A stretch of 64,000 nucleotides of DNA, taken from Candidatus Microgenomates bacterium (GTDB lineage: Bacteria; Patescibacteriota; Microgenomatia; Levybacterales; UBA12049). Both the position numbers and the translations under genes were made by a program. The notes beneath the pieces are model-generated. The model was not told the DNA's origin and ran no database searches. It saw only the letters and a list, made by a program, of their open reading frames with translations. The DNA is taken from positions 2,471 to 66,470 of the forward strand of contig JANWKV010000017.1 of assembly GCA_025451195.1 (NCBI GenBank), written 5' to 3'. Positions 1 to 7,698 of this stretch are shown one piece after another. Position 1 is the first letter of the stretch. Every line of letters starts with the position of its first letter.

Positions 1-708
1 TTGCCCGGTTTCAGGGAGGGCAAAGCGCCAAAAGCGCTGGTTGAAAAAAACCTTGACCAGGAGAAAATAAAAGAAGAAGTCCTAAAAAAAATACTCCCAA
101 AAACTTATCTTGACGCGGTAAAGAAACACAAATTAAATCCTATAATTAATCCAAAAATCCATGTGGAGAAACTGGAAAATGGAAAAGACTGGACATTTAA
201 CGCAATCACATGTGAAGTACCTGTTATAGAATTAAATGATTATAAAAGTGCAATAAAAGGGGTTACCGCAAAAAGTAAGATAGTTATGCCGGGTAAAACA
301 AATACCCCGGCCAATTTTGACGAAATTGTAAATGCAATGCTTTCAAAAATTGATGCTAAAATTCCAAAAATCTTAACAGAAGGAGAGGTCGATAGACTGT
401 TGTCACAACTTTTAGATGAGATAAAAAAGCTCGGACTCACTCTTGACCAATATCTGGCGTCAAGCGGAAAAACTGTTGATCAACTAAGAGGGGATTACGC
501 GTTAAAAGCCCAGAACGATATTAAGCTTGAATTTGCTCTGCAAAAAATTGCAGATGAGGAAAAAATTACCGTTTCCCAAAAAGAAATAGACGAGGCACTC
601 CAAAAAGCAAAAGATGAGACAGAAAGAAAGCAACTCGAAGCAAATGTTTATCTCTTGGCTAACATTATCCGCCAGCAAAAGACACTTGATTTTTTAAAAA
701 GCCTGTAG
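1..708 (+). CDS. tig: Trigger factor (5' partial; N- and C-terminal domains, no obvious FKBP domain)
   Basis: GFREGKAP ribosome-binding signature at the N-terminus; C-terminal LALQKIADEEKITVS motif; runs off the window start. Confidence 0.9.
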   Translation: MPGFREGKAPKALVEKNLDQEKIKEEVLKKILPKTYLDAVKKHKLNPIINPKIHVEKLENGKDWTFNAITCEVPVIELNDYKSAIKGVTAKSKIVMPGKTNTPANFDEIVNAMLSKIDAKIPKILTEGEVDRLLSQLLDEIKKLGLTLDQYLASSGKTVDQLRGDYALKAQNDIKLEFALQKIADEEKITVSQKEIDEALQKAKDETERKQLEANVYLLANIIRQQKTLDFLKSL

Positions 709-723
709 TAAAATATAGCTAGC

Positions 724-1401
724 ATGTTACTTCAATCAGACGACGACAAGAAAAAAAAGAAGAAGCTTAAGCCTACTTATAACAATCCTTTTGAAGCGTT
801 TCAGGATATCGGACGAGGAATGGCAGACCAAACTAAAAATCAGTTTACAGAAGGAGCAAAAACTGCAGTTAACCAGATACTCTTTGGAGGAGAAAAACCT
901 CAGCAACATGGAGAACTTATGCCGGGGCAGGAATTTGATTTAAAAGCCCATGAAGAAAATAAAAAAATAGAAGCTCAGGCACACAATATAGAACCCGGAA
1001 TCAACTATGTTGGGGAAATTTTAAAAAGCCACGAGAATGTAGAATCGGAAGAAACAAAAGATTTACAAAAAGATATACAGAATCTTATTCTAGAAATTAA
1101 AAGTCTAGCAGGAGCAACTAACCAACTTGAAAAACAAGTAACAGAAGCAACGGGGCAAATTGTTGTGAGTCCAGGAAAATACCACAAATCATTTTTCCGC
1201 TGGGTATTTTCTGTTATTCGCGACGCAAGGACAAAAATAGACAGCGCAGGATCTTTTTTAACGGCCATGAAGGGCAAACAGCAAAAAGGGCTTATGATGG
1301 GTAAATCCAAAAAAACAAATTACTGGGATATGGCAGAAGAGCACGGCATGGTAAACTTCACTTTATCCGGCGAACGCGCAGTTTCAAATCAGGTAGGATA
1401 A
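724..1401 (+). CDS. Hypothetical protein (CPR-type, DUF5660-like)
   Basis: 225 aa ORF; PGKYHKSFF and C-terminal FTLSGER motifs recalled from CPR hypotheticals; upstream TAAAAT at 709-714. Confidence 0.6.
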   Translation: MLLQSDDDKKKKKKLKPTYNNPFEAFQDIGRGMADQTKNQFTEGAKTAVNQILFGGEKPQQHGELMPGQEFDLKAHEENKKIEAQAHNIEPGINYVGEILKSHENVESEETKDLQKDIQNLILEIKSLAGATNQLEKQVTEATGQIVVSPGKYHKSFFRWVFSVIRDARTKIDSAGSFLTAMKGKQQKGLMMGKSKKTNYWDMAEEHGMVNFTLSGERAVSNQVG

Positions 1402-1525
1402 TTTTATCTTCAAACTCAATCTAATTTCTGGTATAATTTAACACACTCGAAGCTATAACTTAGTTGGATAGCGGTCGCCTAAGACGACAAGTCAATAAGC
1501 AGAGTTTGAAATTACAAATTAATGA

Positions 1526-1599
1526 GGGCGGTTAGCTCAGTTGGCTAGAGCGTTACATTGACATTGTAAAGGTCACTGGTTCGAGCCCAGTATCGCCCA
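1526..1599 (+). tRNA. tRNA-Val(GAC)
   Basis: Acceptor GGGCGGT/ATCGCCC, D-arm TAGCTCAGTTGGCTAGAGC, anticodon arm TTACA-TTGACAT-TGTAA, T-arm GGTTCGAGCC; CCA not encoded. Confidence 0.95.
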
Positions 1600-1604
1600 C
1601 ACTA

Positions 1605-1633
1605 TTGACAAACTGTTTTTTTATTTGTATCAT
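1605..1633 (+). promoter_or_regulatory. Sigma70 promoter of the thr operon
   Basis: TTGACA (1605-1610), 17 bp spacer, TATCAT (1628-1633). Confidence 0.8.
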
Positions 1634-1640
1634 TAAAAAA

Positions 1641-1688
1641 ATGAAAAGCGCAAATATTGTATTAACAACAACTACAACACCTTTTTAG
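1641..1688 (+). CDS. thrL: thr operon leader peptide MKSANIVLTTTTTPF
   Basis: 15-codon ORF with five consecutive Thr codons, directly ahead of an attenuator and thr genes. Confidence 0.9.
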   Translation: MKSANIVLTTTTTPF

Positions 1689-1739
1689 AGGGGGCTGTAG
1701 TTTATGTGCAAATTACGACCTCCGCAAGGAGGTTTTTTT
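1670..1739 (+). promoter_or_regulatory. Ribosome-dependent transcription attenuator (thr)
   Basis: 1:2 AACTACA/TGTAGTT, 2:3 GGGGGCTGTAGTTT/AAATTACGACCTCC, 3:4 terminator ACCTCC-GCAA-GGAGGT plus T-tract (1718-1739). Confidence 0.88.
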
Positions 1740-1826
1740 GTGGTTTACCCTCTGTCGCTAAAGCTATGGAGGGTTCAGAAACTCTAAAACTCGTGAAACT
1801 CGTTAAGAGTTTATAGAAAAAACGAT

Positions 1827-2744
1827 ATGAAACACATAAAAATAATGAAATTTGGGGGAGCGTCTTTAGCAAATGGGGAAAGAATTCTCCGCGTGGCAAA
1901 GATTGTCAAGAAAATGAATAAGAAAGCCAGCTTAGTCATTGTTGTATCTGCTATGTCAAACGTTACAGACGCATTAATATCTGTATTTAGCAAATATAAA
2001 GAAGGGGATATTTCAAGCGCGTTTGATGAAATGAAATACTTATATGAAATTCATAGTAATGCTTTGTTATATTTTAAATTAGGGAAGAAGGAGAATGATC
2101 TTGCAAATCTAGTACTAAGAAACTTATTTGGAAATTTAAGTTTATATTTGACTCTTCATAGAGAATATAGCATTGCGAATTACGATTATGTTGTTTCATT
2201 TGGAGAAAGATTTAGCGCGTGTCTCGTAAGTTTTGCTCTAATTGAAAAAAATGCAAACGCAGTAGCAATTGACGGCTCATCTGTTATTATTGCAAATCAC
2301 AAATTTAATAACGCAAAAGCGTTATTGGAAGATACAAGGAAAGCGGCTGTGAAAAAATTGCTTCCACTTCTCAAAAGGGATTTTATACCTGTTGTCACTG
2401 GTTTTTTTGCTGCAAATAAAAAAGGCTCTGTTGTTACTTTGGGACGGGGAGGATCAGATTATAGCGCCACTGTTTTAGCAAATGCACTTGATGCTAAGGA
2501 GGTTATCTTATGGAAAGAGGTAAACGGAGTATTCAGTTGTGATCCAAAAAATAATTCACAGGCTATATTTTACCCAAAGCTTTCTTATGAAAAAGCTTCG
2601 GAACTCGCAAAAAATGGAGCAAAAATTTTACATCCTGAGGCTATGAAACCGGTTTCTTCCAAAAAAATTGTTGTTTGGGTTAAAAATACTTTTAATCCAA
2701 AATTCGCAGGGACTAAAATTTATAGCATGGAGGAAAACATATGA
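1827..2744 (+). CDS. lysC: Aspartate kinase (catalytic domain only, no ACT domains)
   Basis: KFGGAS, VVSAM, SFGERFS, TLGRGGSDYSA and ILHP motifs; 305 aa. Confidence 0.9.
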   Translation: MKHIKIMKFGGASLANGERILRVAKIVKKMNKKASLVIVVSAMSNVTDALISVFSKYKEGDISSAFDEMKYLYEIHSNALLYFKLGKKENDLANLVLRNLFGNLSLYLTLHREYSIANYDYVVSFGERFSACLVSFALIEKNANAVAIDGSSVIIANHKFNNAKALLEDTRKAAVKKLLPLLKRDFIPVVTGFFAANKKGSVVTLGRGGSDYSATVLANALDAKEVILWKEVNGVFSCDPKNNSQAIFYPKLSYEKASELAKNGAKILHPEAMKPVSSKKIVVWVKNTFNPKFAGTKIYSMEENI

Positions 2745-3739
2745 AAAATCTTTACTTAATACACCTAGGCATTGGTCATGTTGGATCGGAATTGGTTTCC
2801 CAAATTGAAAGACAAAATGAAAAAATCTCGAAAATTTTTGGTGTTAATCTTGTGTATAAAAATAAATTTACTTCGAAAAATTCTGAGGAGGAAATAAATA
2901 AATCAATTCAATCTGTTTCTTTACCTTTTGTAATAATTGACACAACATCTTCTGATAAAACTACTCCATACATTCTGTCTGCCTTAAACCGCGGGGGATT
3001 TATCGTATTGGCTAACAAAAGACTGCTTGCAGGAAAACTTAAAGACTTTCAGGAAATTTATAAATATGGATACAAAAGGATTTTACACGAAACAACAGTT
3101 GGTGCTGGACTTCCTGTTATTGAAACCATTAGGCAAATGATTTCAACCGGTGATGAAATAATTTCTATAAACGGATGCTTTAGCGGAACGCTTGGATTTA
3201 TTTGTTCGGAAATCGAAAAGGGGAGAAAATTTTCCGATGCTGTTTTTGAAGCCAAGCAAAAAGGGTTTACAGAATTTGATCCCAGGGAAGACCTATCTGG
3301 TAATGATGTTGCCAGAAAAGTATTAATTTTGGCAAGAATGATGGGTAAAAAAATAGAACCGGAACAGATTAATATTGAGCCTTTATATCCAAAAATGTTA
3401 GCAAAATGTAGCGTTGAGGAGTTTATGGAAAAAGTTAAAATTCTTGATGAAGAATACAAAGAAAAGGTTGAAAAAGCTGTAAAAAAAGACAAAGTACTTC
3501 GATTTGTCGCTGGAATATCAGAAAAAGGGTGTTTTGCCAAATTAACAGAAGTGGAGAAAAAAAGCGCGATTGGATCACTTGAAGGACCAGATAACATAAT
3601 TGTTATTAAAACCAAAAGATACTTTAACCGGCCAATTATTATTCAGGGCCAGGGCGCCGGAGTAGAAGTAACCGCGGCCGGTGTTTTTGGAGATATTTTG
3701 TTGATTGTAAAAAGTATTGGAGGGACCGAAAGCGTATGA
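2741..3739 (+). CDS. hom: Homoserine dehydrogenase (ThrA/MetL-type catalytic domain)
   Basis: GIGHVG, ETTVGAGLP, FSGTL, DPREDLSGNDVARK, GQGAG-VTAAGVFGD motifs. Confidence 0.9.
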   Translation: MKNLYLIHLGIGHVGSELVSQIERQNEKISKIFGVNLVYKNKFTSKNSEEEINKSIQSVSLPFVIIDTTSSDKTTPYILSALNRGGFIVLANKRLLAGKLKDFQEIYKYGYKRILHETTVGAGLPVIETIRQMISTGDEIISINGCFSGTLGFICSEIEKGRKFSDAVFEAKQKGFTEFDPREDLSGNDVARKVLILARMMGKKIEPEQINIEPLYPKMLAKCSVEEFMEKVKILDEEYKEKVEKAVKKDKVLRFVAGISEKGCFAKLTEVEKKSAIGSLEGPDNIIVIKTKRYFNRPIIIQGQGAGVEVTAAGVFGDILLIVKSIGGTESV

Positions 3740-4809
3740 AAAAAATAAGAGTTGGAATACTCGGAGCAACAGGAATGGTGGGACAAAGATTTATTCAGCT
3801 GCTTGAAAACCATCCGTGGTTTGAAATCAATTGCGTTGCAGCATCACCTCAATCTGCGGGGGAAAAATATGCCGACGTTGTTTCCAAACGTTGGTGCTTT
3901 AATTCCAAAATACCCCGTGCAGTGAAAAATTTAAAAATTTATGCGGTAATTGAGGATATTATAAAAATTACAAAATTGGTAGATTTTGTTTTTTGCGCAT
4001 TGGATTTGGAAAAAGATGAGATCAGAAAAATCGAAGAAAAATATGCAAGTCTTGGAATACCTGTTGTGTCAAACAATTCCGCAAACAGATGGACCAAAGA
4101 CATCCCGATGATAATGCCGGAAATTAATCCAAATCATATAAAACTTATTGATATCCAGAAAAAAAATAGAGGTTGGAAAAAAGGATTCATTGCTGTCAAA
4201 CCGAACTGTTCAATTCAATCGTATGTATCCATCTTAACAGCATTGAAAGATTTTTTACCAAAAAAAATTAATGTTGTCAGTCTTCAAGCAATATCTGGAG
4301 CAGGAAAAACTTTTAAATCTTGGCCGGAGATGGTCGACAATTTAATTCCATTTATAGGAGGGGAAGAGGAAAAATCGGAAAAAGAACCTCTTAAGATCTG
4401 GGGAAAATTAAAAAATGGAAAAATTGAACAAGAGCGTCTAAAAATTTCCGCGACTTGCATAAGGGTACCCGCCTCTGATGGGCATATGGTTTCTGCCAGT
4501 GTAAAATTTGTGAAAAAACCATCAAAGAATGAGTTTATAGAAGCAGTTTTAAACTTCAATCCCCTTGAAAAATTAAATTTGCCCTCTTCACCCAAACAAC
4601 TTATTACATATTTTGAAGAGGAAAATTTTCCGCAAACTAATTTGCATAGAAATTTGGAAAATGGAATGGGAATTTCCATGGGAAGATTGCGGGAAGACAA
4701 TGATTTTGATTATAAATTTATTGCACTTTCCCACAATACAATCCGAGGAGCAGCAGGTGGAGCAATTTTAACTGCCGAACTTTTAGTTAGGAAAGGATAC
4801 ATTTTATGA
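3736..4809 (+). CDS. asd: Aspartate-semialdehyde dehydrogenase
   Basis: GATGMVGQRF, catalytic PNCS, QAISGAG, HNTIRGAAGGA motifs. Confidence 0.95.
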   Translation: MKKIRVGILGATGMVGQRFIQLLENHPWFEINCVAASPQSAGEKYADVVSKRWCFNSKIPRAVKNLKIYAVIEDIIKITKLVDFVFCALDLEKDEIRKIEEKYASLGIPVVSNNSANRWTKDIPMIMPEINPNHIKLIDIQKKNRGWKKGFIAVKPNCSIQSYVSILTALKDFLPKKINVVSLQAISGAGKTFKSWPEMVDNLIPFIGGEEEKSEKEPLKIWGKLKNGKIEQERLKISATCIRVPASDGHMVSASVKFVKKPSKNEFIEAVLNFNPLEKLNLPSSPKQLITYFEEENFPQTNLHRNLENGMGISMGRLREDNDFDYKFIALSHNTIRGAAGGAILTAELLVRKGYIL

Positions 4810-5441
4810 TAATTTCTTTTATTGGAATGTCCGGCGTTGGAAAAACATATTGGTCAAAAAAACTTGAAAAAAAGGGATTTAAGCGGTTTTGCGTGGACGA
4901 AATGATTGAGGAAAAACTAAAATCCGATCTTAAAAAATTTGGATATAAAGGAATTAAAGACGTCGCAAAATGGATGGGTCAACCTCTTGATAACAAGTAT
5001 AAGCAAACAAGTAAAAAATATCTTAAGTTTGAGGAAGAGGTTATGCAAGAAATTATTAACTATTTAGAAACAAGGACAAATAGCGAAAGAGTTGTTGTAG
5101 ATACCACTGGCAGTTTAATTTATACAGATAAATCTTTGCAAAGACACCTAGCTAAAAATTCAAAGGTTGTATATTTACATGCTCCAAAATCTGTAAAAAG
5201 AGAAATGGTTATCCGTTACGTTAAAGAGCCAAAACCAATATATTGGGGAAATTTAGCTAAAAATAAGAAAGTCCACAAAACACGAGAATTTCTTATTAAA
5301 GAATACCCAAAGCTTTTGGAATATAGAACAAAAAAATATCAGAAAATTGCTGAGATTTTCTTTGATTATCATTTAATAAGGCATAAAAATTTTACAGAAG
5401 ATGTTTTAATAGATGTTTTAAAAAAATATGATCAAATATAA
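4806..5441 (+). CDS. Shikimate-kinase-fold P-loop kinase (putative homoserine kinase substitute)
   Basis: Walker A GMSGVGKT, DTTGS and VVYL motifs; overlaps both asd and thrC. Confidence 0.75.
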   Translation: MIISFIGMSGVGKTYWSKKLEKKGFKRFCVDEMIEEKLKSDLKKFGYKGIKDVAKWMGQPLDNKYKQTSKKYLKFEEEVMQEIINYLETRTNSERVVVDTTGSLIYTDKSLQRHLAKNSKVVYLHAPKSVKREMVIRYVKEPKPIYWGNLAKNKKVHKTREFLIKEYPKLLEYRTKKYQKIAEIFFDYHLIRHKNFTEDVLIDVLKKYDQI

Positions 5442-6963
5442 AAGCACTAGGGGATACAAAAAAATATTTACGTTTTCAGAAGCAATTCTAAAAGGAATTG
5501 CCCCAGACGGAGGGCTTTTTGTGCCGGAAAGAATTCCACAATTTTCCTTGATTGATTTAAAAAATCTACAAAGCAAATCATACGACCAAGTTGCAAATTT
5601 TGTGATAAATCTTTTTGAACCGGACTTTTCAAAAAAAGAAATAGCACGAATGACGAAAAAAGCTTACGCCTACGGCGAAAATTTTGATGATAAAGAGATT
5701 GCACCTATTGTGCATTTAAAAGAAAATCAATATATTTTAGAACTTTGGCACGGATCAACATGGGCATTTAAAGACATGGCCTTGCAATTAATGCCCTTGC
5801 TTTTTTCTTATGCGATAAAAAAGGATAACAAAAAGCGCGTCTCAAGAAAAGAAAAACCACTCCAATACCTTATACTTGTTGCAACATCAGGTGATACGGG
5901 AAAAGCAGCTCTAGAAGGCTACAAGAGTAAGGACGACATTTCAATTATTGTTCTATTCCCAGATAAAAAAATCTCTTCAATTCAAGAGTTATCAATGACA
6001 ACCCAAGAGGGAAATAATCTTGCCGTGTATCCATTGCTTGGTAATTTTGACGACACTCAGAGGATTGTTAAAGAAATTTTTGATGATAAAAAATTCAACA
6101 AAAAGCTATTTAATGATTTTCAGACTACATTAAGTTCGGGTAATTCAATTAACTGGGGTCGCTTTCTCCCGCAAGTTATATACCATATAAGCAGCTATGT
6201 TAACTTAATAAGTCAGAATGTTATAAAAATTGGCGATGAGATTGATATTGTAGTTCCAACTGGAAATTTTGGAAATATTCTGGCAGGTTTTATTGCAAAA
6301 AAAATGGGCTTACCAATTAGAAAACTTGTTTGTGCATCAAATGATAACAATGTTTTATCAGAATTCATTCAAACAGGTAATTATGACCTTACTAAAAGAA
6401 AACTTGTGGTAACTTCGAGTCCTTCAATTGATATTCTCGTTGCAAGCAATTTAGAAAGACTTTTATATTTAATAACAAACAATTCTAATAAGATTAAACT
6501 ATGGATGAGGCAGTTAAAGTCAAAAAAGAAGTTTTTTGTAGATGACAATACTAAAAAGGTTTTGCAAAAAGAATTTTATGCGGACTGGGTTTCTGATAAA
6601 GATTCTTTAGAAAATATAAAAAATATTTTTGAACAATGTGATCGTCTGATTGACCCACATACGTCTATTGCGCAAAAAGTTGCTCAAGAATACATCAATA
6701 ATTACAACGTTAAATTGCCAATAATCATTCACTCAACAGCACACTTTGCAAAATTTGCAAGCGCGGTTTATTCAAGCTTATTTAGAAACAATCCAGAAAA
6801 ATTAAGTGAATTTGAGATGCTTAAAGCAATCAAAAAGTTATCAAAAAAAATTAAAATTCCTAGAAATATAGAAGATTTAAAGTCAAAAAAAATAATTCAT
6901 AAAGGAATATTAAATTCAAATAAAAAGGATGCCGAACGTGCTATTATTAGCATATTAAACTGA
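5428..6963 (+). CDS. thrC: Threonine synthase
   Basis: APDGGLFVP, PLP lysine in HGSTWAFKDMAL, ATSGDTG, NSINWGR, PTGNFGN motifs. Confidence 0.95.
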   Translation: MIKYKSTRGYKKIFTFSEAILKGIAPDGGLFVPERIPQFSLIDLKNLQSKSYDQVANFVINLFEPDFSKKEIARMTKKAYAYGENFDDKEIAPIVHLKENQYILELWHGSTWAFKDMALQLMPLLFSYAIKKDNKKRVSRKEKPLQYLILVATSGDTGKAALEGYKSKDDISIIVLFPDKKISSIQELSMTTQEGNNLAVYPLLGNFDDTQRIVKEIFDDKKFNKKLFNDFQTTLSSGNSINWGRFLPQVIYHISSYVNLISQNVIKIGDEIDIVVPTGNFGNILAGFIAKKMGLPIRKLVCASNDNNVLSEFIQTGNYDLTKRKLVVTSSPSIDILVASNLERLLYLITNNSNKIKLWMRQLKSKKKFFVDDNTKKVLQKEFYADWVSDKDSLENIKNIFEQCDRLIDPHTSIAQKVAQEYINNYNVKLPIIIHSTAHFAKFASAVYSSLFRNNPEKLSEFEMLKAIKKLSKKIKIPRNIEDLKSKKIIHKGILNSNKKDAERAIISILN

Positions 6964-7685
6964 TGAGAAATAAAATGAAACACATTGGAATTGCGGGAAT
7001 TACAGTGCCAGGTTCTCTACTTTGTATTAATACAATAGTTGAAGAAAGTTATAAACATTTTGGAAAAAAATCCATGATTCATCCCAGAATAACTTATACT
7101 AATCCTCCCTTTATTGACGTAGAAAAACCAATGGTGGAAAAAAAATGGGATCAAGTTGCGAAAGACTTATTGCTTTCTATTGATATTTTATATAGGGCTG
7201 GAGCTGATTTTGTTATTATTCCATCAAACCACCCTCATTACGCGATTGAAGAAATTCAACGAAAATCTCCTATTCCAGTTCTTAGCATTCTCGATATAAC
7301 TACTGCGGAATGCAGAAAAAGAAAGTTTAAAAAAGTAGGAATTTTGGGTGTAATTGGAACAATGGCCGGTGGACTATATATAGAACCGCTCAAAAAACAA
7401 GGACTTGAACCTTTGAATTTATCGCCTAAAAGGCAAAAAGAATTTAGTGATTTGATTTTCAATGAAATTATAATCGGCAAACCAGATAAAACAATCGGGG
7501 ATAAGATGCGAATTTTTATTCAAGAACTTAAAGATATGGGGGCAGATAGTTTTATAGCAGGTTGCACAGAGATACCTGTTGTTATTGCCAGCGAAAGTGA
7601 ATCACCTTTACCTTTTATCGATACGACAAGACTTTTGGCAAAAAAAGCATTAGAATACGCAATAGAAACAAAGCAAGAGAACTAG
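6963..7685 (+). CDS. Asp/Glu racemase family amino-acid racemase (YgeA/RacX-like)
   Basis: AGADFVIIPSNHPH and AGCTEIP motifs, IDTT near the C-terminus. Confidence 0.8.
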   Translation: MRNKMKHIGIAGITVPGSLLCINTIVEESYKHFGKKSMIHPRITYTNPPFIDVEKPMVEKKWDQVAKDLLLSIDILYRAGADFVIIPSNHPHYAIEEIQRKSPIPVLSILDITTAECRKRKFKKVGILGVIGTMAGGLYIEPLKKQGLEPLNLSPKRQKEFSDLIFNEIIIGKPDKTIGDKMRIFIQELKDMGADSFIAGCTEIPVVIASESESPLPFIDTTRLLAKKALEYAIETKQEN

Positions 7686-7698
7686 TATAATATTACTT

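Noticed and set aside
1783-1812. Short AAACTC(GT) tandem repeats in the thr leader as a CRISPR or iteron array
   Set aside because: Only 6-8 nt units with no spacers, and no cas or rep genes nearby.
4806-5441. Annotating this gene as aroK shikimate kinase
   Set aside because: It lacks the GGG shikimate-binding motif, sits in the thr operon, and an AroK domain is already fused to AroA.
1526-7685. thr operon as a tRNA-integrated mobile island
   Set aside because: No integrase or duplicated tRNA 3' end was seen; adjacency to tRNA-Val alone is insufficient.
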